Positions 27,701 to 33,594 of a DNA stretch of 52,716 nt are shown here, in pieces. The notes under the pieces were generated by a model. The model made no database searches. It was not told the DNA's origin and saw only the letters and a list, made by a program, of their open reading frames with translations. The DNA is from an uncultured Bacteroidia bacterium. GTDB lineage: Bacteria; Bacteroidota; Bacteroidia; JACCXN01. The stretch covers positions 1 through 52,716 of the forward strand of contig CALKJP010000007.1 in the NCBI GenBank assembly GCA_937995645.1, in the 5' to 3' direction. Both the position numbers and the translations under genes were made by a program. Numbering within the stretch: position 1 is the first letter of the stretch; each line of letters starts with the position of its first letter.

Positions 27701-29141
27701 TAACTAATGGATTAGGTTGACTAATAGTAACACTTGCCGTACCGGTACATAATGAATCATCTGTAACAGTAACAGTATAAGTTCCTGGACATAAATTGGT
27801 AATATTTTGAGTTGTTTGCCCTCCGGGCGACCAAGAATAAGTATAATTAAAAGGAGGATTACCACCTGTAGGAGCCGTAGAGGCTGTTCCATTACAAAAC
27901 GAGTTACAAGATATGTCGCTAAATGAAATATTGGGATTTATTGCGGCTGGCTGTGTTAAATTTGTAGTAAATGTTTGTTGACATCCATTGCTATCAGTAA
28001 TTCTAACCTGATAGGTTCCGGCACACAAGCCGGTTGCCGTTTGTGTATTTTGATTTATTGGAGCAAGCCATAAATAAGAATACGGAGGGGTTCCTCCTAT
28101 GGGATTAGCAGTAATAAAACCATTACAATCTCCATTACAGGTAGGTGTTTCTTTATTATAAGTTACACCAATGGGTGGCGGAGCTATTACCTGAATAAAT
28201 TGTAATATTTGATCGCCATCCGAAAGGTCAGTTACTGTTAAAAGATAGGTTCCGTTACAAACATTTAACAAAGGATTTCCTTGAGTTCCAGGTGGTAAAG
28301 AGCCTCCACTCCAATCAAACTGGAAAGGGCCGGTGCTTGACGAAAAAACAGTAACTGATATTGAACCATCGCAAGATGTATTACATAATGGCGTTACAAC
28401 TGAAACCTGAATACTATCAATAGCTCTTGAGCTTGAAAGCGATTGATTTGAAACATTTTTAATTTTTGCTCCACCACTAATTATCTGAGTTTTTTTATTG
28501 CTGTTGGTAGAAAAATTATTATTTAGTAAAACTGTTGCATTGCTGATATTTAATTGCTTTTGAAGATTTCCCTGAAATAAAATATTATTAGCTTGGACAA
28601 ATTTTCCACTCAAATTTATATTTCCGGAAATGATATAAATATCTGCAAATAATGGCAATAAAAGATGTGAATTAATATTCCACGTTGTATTTATTCCATT
28701 AAAAACGACATTACCTTTTGGGAAATAATCAGAAAAATTGATTGTTCTAATTCCACTACCTGAAAACTGAATCGTTCCCTTAAAATTATTAGTAAAATAT
28801 CCGTAAAAAAGTAAATCACCATGAATCTCTAACAATGAATTTATACTGCCTGAAAATATAAAGCTATTAACGTCAGATGCTATAGTGATATTTTTACAAT
28901 AAGCCGTTGAGGTAATTTGTACCTCTTGATTTAAGAAACTAAATGATGAATTATCAAAAAAAACATTATCTGATTGCGAAGGAATTCCTGCTCCTCCCTG
29001 ACCTCCGCTTGTTAATGACCAATTAAGAGGATTGTTCCAATTTCCTGAGCCCCCAACCCAGTATAAATCTACCGCTAAAGCAGATTTTTGTATAAATAGT
29101 AAAGAGGCTAAAAAAATGTATAGAAAATAAATCTTTTTCAA
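18765..29141 (-). CDS. Giant T9SS cell-surface adhesin: 39 SprB-type repeats plus a gliding-motility-associated (type B) C-terminal domain
   Basis: 3458 aa with a TTG start. Signal peptide MKKIYFLYIFLASLLFIQKSALA. N-terminal YWVGGSGNWNNPLNW beta-helix-like region. Repeats have the form CxxxCxG..GGTxPYxYxW..LCxGxYxVTVTDxNGC. The C-terminus reads FPNGFTPNGDGVNDVW...YNRWGELLF...GTYYY. Confidence 0.9.
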   Translation of the reverse strand: MKKIYFLYIFLASLLFIQKSALAVDLYWVGGSGNWNNPLNWSLTSGGQGGAGIPSQSDNVFFDNSSFSFLNQEVQITSTAYCKNITIASDVNSFIFSGSINSLLEIHGDLLFYGYFTNNFKGTIQFSGSGIRTINFSDYFPKGNVVFNGINTTWNINSHLLLPLFADIYIISGNINLSGKFVQANNILFQGNLQKQLNISNATVLLNNNFSTNSNKKTQIISGGAKIKNVSNQSLSSSRAIDSIQVSVVTPLCNTSCDGSISVTVFSSSTGPFQFDWSGGSLPPGTQGNPLLNVCNGTYLLTVTDLSDGDQILQFIQVIAPPPIGVTYNKETPTCNGDCNGFITANPIGGTPPYSYLWLAPINQNTQTATGLCAGTYQVRITDSNGCQQTFTTNLTQPAAINPNISFSDISCNSFCNGTASTAPTGGNPPFNYTYSWSPGGQTTQNITNLCPGTYTVTVTDDSLCTGTASVTISQPNPLVINPSSNNISCFGACDGTVSVAPVSGGTPPYSYTWTPNISTGPSQNNLCPGTYTVVVSDNQGCVDSATFVITEPGPLNANPSSTNVLCFGACNGTATSNPIGGTAPYTYLWSTGSTNQSISGLCPGIYSVTVTDTNNCSNTQSVTITEPPLLTISVATTNVVCNGQCNGTATLTINGGTPGYTILWSNGQNTPSISGLCAGNYSVTVTDANGCTAAQNFQITQPPTLVVSVNDTTISCSSLCDGVLTSTVSGGTSPYTYLWSNGQTGANATGLCIGSYSLTVTDANGCMATDGGTVSNPVAILPNATVLQNASCNALCNGSATSSPTGGTPPYTFAWSNGQNTQTATGLCGGQTYTVTVTDALGCSANQTVTITQPPAFNATVNVTNVNCFGQCTGQISLVLSGGTSPYSIVWNTSPVQTGTSAIGLCAGTYTATITDNNGCVYTASGTVTEPSQINGNTVSTDVTCNSACNGTATANPSGGNPGYSYSWSPGGQTTAGVTGLCPGQYIVTITDALGCIDRDTINIIEPLPLNATISNVSATCGSTCDGSATVLAGGGTAPYSYLWSSGGTNSTENNLCVGNYTVTVTDAQGCQITIPVSIVPVVNIIINTTGTQITCFGACDGQATATATGGALPYSYSWNTTPVQNTQTAFNLCAGTYTVTVTDANGCFNTQNVTLNNPPQINLNITSSDATCGGNCNGFAIASASGGTGSFTYQWNTLPVTNGPTLNNLCAGTYTVTATDANGCTATDSVVINAPIAIQPNPSITQSTCGNSDGSITLNPSGGTGPYTYLWLHNNSTSNPLTGVPAGIYTVVITDAVACSDTFIVIVNNILGPIATTNSTDASCFALCDGQISSSVSTGTPPFSYLWNPGGQTNPTAINLCNGVYTLTVTDANGCQGFAIDTVNGPSQIFSQPIITNVTCAGFCNGAISVNPTGGTGPYTYLWSTGATTSSISGLCAGQYIVTITDATNCSINDTINVGNQFTINPNPIISNVSCNSICDGLAGVNPSGGTPPYNYTWFPSGPNAPGQSGLCAGNYSVTITDANGCTAIQNFNLTQPNAIGITPSIANNQCFGQSNGSISITASGGSGTYSYFWLPGGQTTSSISNLTAGNYTVTVSDPANPGCSETQTFTVTDPPQLTVVASSTNATCNAVCNGTLNASANGGSGSINYTWMPGSLIGNAHAGICAGTYTVTVTDANGCTNSASTTITQPSAINIGFTSNNASCNAVCDGSASVNPSGGTAPYSILWSTGSTSNNLNGLCAGSYSVIVTDANSCSITNNFNITEPTAISSTFTTNNPQCGLCDGSATVSPSGGVGAPYTVIWNTVPAQSGVTASNLCAGLYDAVITDASGCVDTVSVPVSNQGGPVTSHVSTDAICNGDCNGSATITATGLNPITYLWTPGGFTSNSQSGLCANTYNVQVTDSLGCITFETIIINQPQPIVSTPFINNVSCNGVCDGAITILPGGGTPGYTYSWSSGQTTQNINGLCAGQYIVTIQDNLGCIGIDTFNVTTPNVLSITQSQSNISCGVVCDGIATVNISGGTSPYSVAWSTGQNFNTIGVSTISGLCAGNYSANVTDANGCSATANFTINPATPISLNSTVNNVTCNGACNGSISIAPSGGTLPYNIMWSNGNTGNSISNLCPGVYSVTLTDANGCSTSQSFTITEPTPFTASITGNNISCNAACDGQATVVLSGGTAPYFFQWNGGQTSATISNLCPGTYSVQAIDNNGCTVNANVQITQPSPIVINISSTQPPCGICNGSLTAVGTGGSGAPYSYLWSTGATTATISNLCAGLYAVTVTDNSGCSQQIGVPLSNSNGPSVTANVLNASCSNTCDGIAELTVSSGTAPFTFNWSPGGQSTDSIGGLCPGTYFATVTDAGACITVQQITISTSNPITATFTSTNATCGQCNGTASVTPTGGTAPYTYIWTTGATTQSVSGLCAGVYQVQITDANGCSITQTVSISNSGGPTNAAITSTPVTCFGTNNGSATVVNVFGGTAPYSYLWIPGGQTTATITGLAAGSYNVEIRDANGCILVELVTITSPTQISNTANITSTPCLSSTGQISLTTTGGTAPYTYSWNTGQNTPTISNLPAGIYIATVTDATGCSNIDTFFVNNIGAPLISVVTSDIDCNGNCNGSATATASGGSTGVYTYTWTPGGQTTSSISNLCAGNYIVQVTDNGCSSFATAVISQPSGFSFSLPNVVDATCAAACNGSATVLPIGGTLPYSFVWTPGGQSSQSATNLCTGLNSVAITDANGCTATQSVIVNEGLGVSATYTTTSATCGQCNGSATVTPSGGAVPYSFLWANGTTSATNNALCAGVHAVQLTDANGCSTTINVIISNTNAPSGVVTAQTNVTCFGGTNGSATITASGGTAPYNFLWVPAGQTTATVNNLSAGTYNVEIQDAAGCIGIVPVTITQPAEITVNPVITNPTCGQCNGAVSIFVNGGTAPYTYSWSNGLPAISNQSGLCAQLYTVTVSDANGCSQTFAIPVGSTNGPNVVLTSNNISCNAACDGSISAAASGGSGNYSYLWTPGAQTTSSINGLCPGTYVIQVTDNASGCISFNLANIDQPDAINLSIPFVNNASCGGVCNGIGVVMPIGGTLAYTYLWSNGETTQTASALCAGNISVTVTDANGCTTSQSITITEPPTLVIDTLITQPSCSNTNNGAIDVTVTGGNPPYNYQWTGASSATTQDLNNLFPGTYTLTVTDASNCTATITIQLNPLQSITAIASADTAYCYGNGPAIISATGGLTYQWTLLSDGSVVGNTATLSVNPGIGIHTYIVQVNNGACVAYDTVIVTVYALPFADAGQDVSIVRGASVLIGGNPTGPQGSTFAWAPSETLSSTTVANPTASPLNNTTYYVTVTSPQGCIATDSVVVSILPDIIFPNGFTPNGDGVNDVWIIDNIQFFPNNVVEVYNRWGELLFRSEGYEVPWDGKYNGKELPVGTYYYVIDLRDERYKPYTGPITIMR
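19500..28409 (-). repeat. Array of 39 tandem ~76-aa SprB-type repeats (protein level)
   Basis: Counted by hand from aa ~245 to 3214. The DNA copies are diverged: the two most similar repeat pairs I compared are roughly two-thirds identical. Confidence 0.8.
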
Positions 29142-29319
29142 AATATATAATTTTTATGGTTCTAAATTGTCTAAAATCAGTTGCTAATATAACATTTTAG
29201 CTCAAATCAACCATGTTTTAAATTAAATAATTTAATCCTAAGTTAGGATTTTCATAGTTTAAACGAATCAGCTTTTTAAAAGTTGCTTGAAATTTTTTTG
29301 TTACAAAAAAAAATGACAG

Positions 29320-30096
29320 CTATAATATGTGAAAAACCCTTGTAATTTTTGACAAATTATTAAAATCATCTCTTGAGGTAATTTCAATACGATATAATCC
29401 AGCCTCAGAAATTACAGGAAGATTTTGTATGTATGATTGCGGAGATTTTTTATTAATTATTTGTGAAAAAGTAAAAACCTCTTCTTCATTAGACATTTTT
29501 ATGATTTTTACTGTAAAATCATAAACAAACCCTTTATTATTATCACTTCTAAAATCTTCAAACAATACGCTTAGCTTTATGGTGGTATCTCTTGTAAAGT
29601 AAGTATTTTCTGCAGGAGTTATAATTAAAATATTCGGACTAACTGAATCTATTTTATTTTTAACACTAAATGTAACGTTAACTGGTTCTGCCTGATTTCC
29701 TGATACATCTACACAGTCAACTGTTAGACTATAATTACCAGACATGCTGTATTTATTTACCTTCACTAAAACATTGTCTTTAGCTTCTTTACCTTTTATA
29801 TTTTTTACATAAACTACTGAAAATGCCTTTGCAGGTGAATTATTTTCATCGGGTTGAATTGGAATTTTAAAATCACTTTTAACTAATAATCTGTATTGAC
29901 TTAATTCCTTGTTGTCTTTAAAATAAAGCGCTGTAAAAAACTCTTCATCAGTATATACATAAAGCAATTCAGAACTATTTGGATTAACAATATTTATAAA
30001 TGGCTTAGAAGTATCCTGTTTATCGCTTTTACATGCAATAAAAATAAAAAATAAATATAATGATATTAGTTTGAAAACAGATTGTTGTTTAAACAT
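29320..30096 (-). CDS. Lipoprotein with two Ig-like (DUF4625-type) segments
   Basis: 258 aa. Lipobox FIFIACKSD. Two segments each open with (K/S)P-x-I-x-I-x-x-P. The family assignment is from memory and not verified. Confidence 0.5.
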   Translation of the reverse strand: MFKQQSVFKLISLYLFFIFIACKSDKQDTSKPFINIVNPNSSELLYVYTDEEFFTALYFKDNKELSQYRLLVKSDFKIPIQPDENNSPAKAFSVVYVKNIKGKEAKDNVLVKVNKYSMSGNYSLTVDCVDVSGNQAEPVNVTFSVKNKIDSVSPNILIITPAENTYFTRDTTIKLSVLFEDFRSDNNKGFVYDFTVKIIKMSNEEEVFTFSQIINKKSPQSYIQNLPVISEAGLYRIEITSRDDFNNLSKITRVFHIL

Positions 30097-30109
30097 TATT
30101 TTTATACTG

Positions 30110-30490
30110 TTACTTACATTTTGGGCAAAATCCTGATACGGTAAAGTTAACAGAATTTAATATATAATTTTGGGGAAGATTAAACACCGGCATTATTGTA
30201 TCTAAACAAGTAACCTTTTTACACTTTTCACAACTAAAATGGATATGATTATGTTGATGAAATTTATTTTCACAGGTATGACAAGCAGCGTATTTTACCA
30301 CACCATCTACATCAACTATTTTATGAATCAAACCTTCTTTTAATAATCTTTCTAATACCCTATAAATTGTAACTCTGTCGCATACTCCCTTTAATGATGC
30401 CTGTATATCACTATGCGCTACTGCTGCTTTAGAATTTTGAATAAATTCTAAAATTTTTGTTTTGGCAACTGTTTTCCGAACATTTTTCAT
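30110..30490 (-). CDS. Fur family transcriptional regulator
   Basis: 126 aa. Winged-helix segment DRVTIYRVLERLLKEGLIHK, His-rich HQHNHIH, and two CxxC pairs (CEKC, CPKC). Confidence 0.85.
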   Translation of the reverse strand: MKNVRKTVAKTKILEFIQNSKAAVAHSDIQASLKGVCDRVTIYRVLERLLKEGLIHKIVDVDGVVKYAACHTCENKFHQHNHIHFSCEKCKKVTCLDTIMPVFNLPQNYILNSVNFTVSGFCPKCK

Positions 30491-30501
30491 GTTAAATATT
30501 A

Positions 30502-30520
30502 ATTTATGATAATGCTTTCA
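30502..30520. promoter_or_regulatory. Fur-box-like AT-rich site
   Basis: Contains GATAATG (30508-30514). My hand alignment to the classical 19-mer GATAATGATAATCATTATC gives 11 of 19 matches. Confidence 0.3.
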
Positions 30521-30526
30521 AAAATA
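30519..30526 (-). promoter_or_regulatory. Candidate -7 box for the Fur-family gene
   Basis: The minus strand reads TATTTTTG (TAnnTTTG), 29 nt upstream of ATG 30490. Confidence 0.3.
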
Positions 30527-30531
30527 AATAT

Positions 30532-30552
30532 TATTTTTGCAACTATGTTGCA
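30532..30552 (+). promoter_or_regulatory. Candidate -7 box overlapping a 15-bp palindromic operator for the TonB-dependent receptor gene
   Basis: TATTTTTG at 30532-30539, immediately fused to TGCAAC-TAT-GTTGCA at 30538-30552, a perfect 6-bp inverted repeat. Confidence 0.35.
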
Positions 30553-30581
30553 TTAGCAAATTTTTTTTATTCTGCGATTTT

Positions 30582-32846
30582 ATGATATCTAAAAATATAA
30601 ATTTATTTATTGCTATTTTGATTTTTTCACCTTCATACATAATAAAAGCTCAAACTTTAAAAGGTAGAGTAATAAACAACGAAGATAATACCCCAATACC
30701 TTATGCTACGGTATATTTTACCGATTTACACACAGGTGTTAGCTGTAACGAAAATGGAATATTTGAATATCATAAACAATTGCCCCCATCTATAAAAATA
30801 AAATTTTCGGCACTTGGCTTTCAAGAAAAAATAATATTATACCATCAAAAAAATATAACCGACTCACTGATTATTCACTTAAACCCTTCGCATATCGATT
30901 TAAAAGAGCTCACCATAAGCAGTACTACCGGAATTTTACAACGATATAGCATCACAAACATTGAAATTAAAAGCATAAAAGAAATTCAAATTAATGCACC
31001 AAGCAATTTAGGAGAAGCCATTAGTAATATTCCAAGCGTTTATCAAGTTAGTACCGGATTAGGTATCAGCAAACCCGTAATTAGAGGATTAACAGGATTA
31101 AGAATAGTAACATTATTAAATGGATTAAGAATTGAAAACCAACAATGGGGCGGTGATCATGGAATGGGAATTACCGAAAATGGTATAGGGATGGTAGAAG
31201 TATTAAAAGGGCCTTCTTCATTACTTTATGGAGCGGATGCCCTTGGTGGAGTTTTATATTTTACAGATGAAAACTATGCTCTTAATAACGAAATAGAAGC
31301 TAAAATAGAATCACGCTTTGAATCATTTACTAAAGGAACAAATAATTTTATAACAGTAAAAACAAATAAAAACAATTGGCGATTTAACATACACGGCAAC
31401 TATAATAATCAAGCGGACTTTGCAATTCCGGAAGGGTTATTTGTAAAAAACTCTCGATTTAAAGAACATAATTTTAAAACATCCATCGGATATAATTTTA
31501 AAAATTGGATAATAAATTTCAGATATAATTACTTGCATAACCGTATTGGAATTCCCGGACATACACACGATAGCATTATTAAACCCGAACTTTTTAAAAC
31601 CACACGTCAGCTAAGAGAAAATACCATTCCTGCTCAATTAATTACCAATCACTACGCCATGCTTGAAAACAAATTTTATTTTAACCATGCAAATTTAAGC
31701 ATCATCATTGGCAAAACATTAAATAATTTAAGAGAATACGAAGAAAAAGTTACTATACCCGGAATTGACATGCTTTTAGATAATAATATTTATAATGCTC
31801 GTTATACGTATAGTTTTACTCAAAAATCGCAATTAATTATTGGTACACAAGGAATGTATCAAATTAGCTCCAATAGTAATAATGCAACAGAAATACTACT
31901 TCCTAATGCTAGTATGTTTGATAAAGGATTATATGCACTATGGCATATCCAAACTAATACCGTAGAATTTCAAAGTGGCATTCGCTACGATAGTAGAACT
32001 ATATCGGCACCATTAATATTAAAAGACGATGGTTCTAATTTTTCTTTCTTAAAAAATTATTCCGGATTTAACTATTCTTTAGGAATTAATAAAAAAATAA
32101 GCCATTATCTTTTTAGAATAAATGCTTCTTCAGGATTCCGACCTCCTCATTTAACTGAATTATTGAGCGATGGAGTTCATCACGGAGCATTACGATATGA
32201 GGTGGGTAATAAATTTTTAAAAAACGAATTTTCTCAACAATTAGACATTGGTCTTGAATTTAACAACGAACATTTAAGTGTATTAATAAATCCTTTTTAT
32301 CAATACCTTCAAAACTTTATATATATTGCTCCTAATGGCTCAATAAAAAACGGAGTGCCTCAGTTTGTATATAAACAAAGCAAATACGCAACACTATCCG
32401 GAGGCGATTTTTCAGTTCACTATCATCCTCATTTTTATCATCCATTACATGTTGAGCACAATATTTCATATATTTATGCTGCTGATGAACAAAACAATCC
32501 GCTACCTTTAATTCCTCAAACAAGATTTAATAGTACACTTCGTTTAGAATTTTCACAATCTTCTAAGATTCAATTAGAATACATTTCACTTCAACATCTA
32601 TATTTTTTGCCACAAAACAGAGTGGTTCAATATGAAACTCAAAGCAAATCATACCAATTGTTTCATTTAATAGGTTCATTTAAATTGAATTTTTCAAATC
32701 CTATTATCCTAAGAATTGGAATTAAAAATTTATTCAACGAAAAATATATTGATCATTTGTCGCGCCTAAAAAATATCGGCATTGAAAATCCGGGGAGAAA
32801 CATTTTTATAAGCATAAAATACCTTTTTAATTATAAATCAAGTTAA
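30582..32846 (+). CDS. TonB-dependent receptor (CarboxypepD_reg plus plug plus barrel)
   Basis: Start moved to ATG 30582. LKGRVINNEDNTPIPYATVYF, plug VIRGLTGLRIVTLLNGLRIENQQWGGDHG, and VEVLKGPSSLLYGADALGGVLYF. Confidence 0.85.
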   Translation: MISKNINLFIAILIFSPSYIIKAQTLKGRVINNEDNTPIPYATVYFTDLHTGVSCNENGIFEYHKQLPPSIKIKFSALGFQEKIILYHQKNITDSLIIHLNPSHIDLKELTISSTTGILQRYSITNIEIKSIKEIQINAPSNLGEAISNIPSVYQVSTGLGISKPVIRGLTGLRIVTLLNGLRIENQQWGGDHGMGITENGIGMVEVLKGPSSLLYGADALGGVLYFTDENYALNNEIEAKIESRFESFTKGTNNFITVKTNKNNWRFNIHGNYNNQADFAIPEGLFVKNSRFKEHNFKTSIGYNFKNWIINFRYNYLHNRIGIPGHTHDSIIKPELFKTTRQLRENTIPAQLITNHYAMLENKFYFNHANLSIIIGKTLNNLREYEEKVTIPGIDMLLDNNIYNARYTYSFTQKSQLIIGTQGMYQISSNSNNATEILLPNASMFDKGLYALWHIQTNTVEFQSGIRYDSRTISAPLILKDDGSNFSFLKNYSGFNYSLGINKKISHYLFRINASSGFRPPHLTELLSDGVHHGALRYEVGNKFLKNEFSQQLDIGLEFNNEHLSVLINPFYQYLQNFIYIAPNGSIKNGVPQFVYKQSKYATLSGGDFSVHYHPHFYHPLHVEHNISYIYAADEQNNPLPLIPQTRFNSTLRLEFSQSSKIQLEYISLQHLYFLPQNRVVQYETQSKSYQLFHLIGSFKLNFSNPIILRIGIKNLFNEKYIDHLSRLKNIGIENPGRNIFISIKYLFNYKSS

Positions 32847-32865
32847 ACCTTTTAAACTTTAAATT

Positions 32866-33087
32866 ATGAGAAAAACAAGTTTAGTTGCAGTTGCACTTAT
32901 GTTAATTTTTAGCATCGGTTTGCATTCTTGTAAAAAGAAAGAAACCTGTCATGACTGCCATTATGAAAACGACAACAACCAAGAAGTTGATTTAGGAAAA
33001 AAATGTGGAAACGAACTTGAAGCCTTAGAGCGCGATGGTATTGTAGTAGATGGAAAAAAACGAGAAGTACATTGCCACGACCATTAA
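32866..33087 (+). CDS. Small Cys/His-rich lipoprotein, candidate metal-binding
   Basis: 73 aa. Lipobox GLHSC (Cys22). The 51 residues after the lipid Cys hold 4 Cys and 5 His (TCHDCH ... KKC ... VHCHDH at the C-terminus). A strong terminator follows. Confidence 0.6.
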   Translation: MRKTSLVAVALMLIFSIGLHSCKKKETCHDCHYENDNNQEVDLGKKCGNELEALERDGIVVDGKKREVHCHDH

Positions 33088-33096
33088 TCGAACCTT

Positions 33097-33133
33097 TCGA
33101 CCAATGTGAATAAATTAAATTCACATTGGTCGA
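33097..33133 (+). terminator. Terminator after the Cys/His lipoprotein gene
   Basis: Perfect 15-bp stem tcgaccaatgtgaat / attcacattggtcga with a 7-nt loop, followed by a T-rich tail. Confidence 0.7.
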
Positions 33134-33204
33134 TACTTTTTAATAAAAGCCTAATCCATTGGTAACGTACAGATTACATTAAAAGGTAATTTTTGTATTA
33201 TCAA

Positions 33205-33594
33205 ATGGTAAAGACATTAATCATAAACGATAATCAACCAATGGTTGATTTTATTAAGCTTTCGCTAAATAAATACGACTTTTCTTTAAAAGTTGCCAAA
33301 AGCAAAGAAGATGTACTTCAGCAAATTGAAAAAGAAAAGCCACAGATAATTATTTTAGGCTTAGTAGTTGAAGAGCAAGATGGCATTCAACTTTGTCGCG
33401 ACATACGTCAATATGTTCAATACAGTGAAAGTTTCATTATAATGCTTTCATCGGTAAAAGATTCTGAACTCATGGTAGAAAGCCTAAATGCCGGAGCAGA
33501 TGATTATATAGTACAACCTATATCTCCACAACTTTTTACTAAAAAAATTTTTGCGCTTTTAAGAAGAAGGACTAAACAAAACGGTGCTGCTTAA
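33205..33594 (+). CDS. Stand-alone atypical receiver (pseudo-receiver) domain protein
   Basis: 129 aa from ATG 33205. It is collinear with OmpR/CheY receivers, but the phospho-acceptor position is Gly (PQIIILGLVVEEQDG) and the conserved Lys is Gln (ADDYIVQP). Confidence 0.7.
   Translation: MVKTLIINDNQPMVDFIKLSLNKYDFSLKVAKSKEDVLQQIEKEKPQIIILGLVVEEQDGIQLCRDIRQYVQYSESFIIMLSSVKDSELMVESLNAGADDYIVQPISPQLFTKKIFALLRRRTKQNGAA

Noticed and set aside
19500-28409. The possibility that the 39-repeat array is an assembly artefact or a recently expanded, recombination-prone array. Also the eight short ORFs listed inside the giant gene on either strand (for example 20740-20973, 21752-21982, 27272-27472).
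   Set aside because: The repeat DNA copies are clearly diverged. The most similar pairs I compared by eye are only about two-thirds identical, and the reading frame stays open for 10.4 kb. The short ORFs are frame shadows of a long, well-supported CDS with biased composition.
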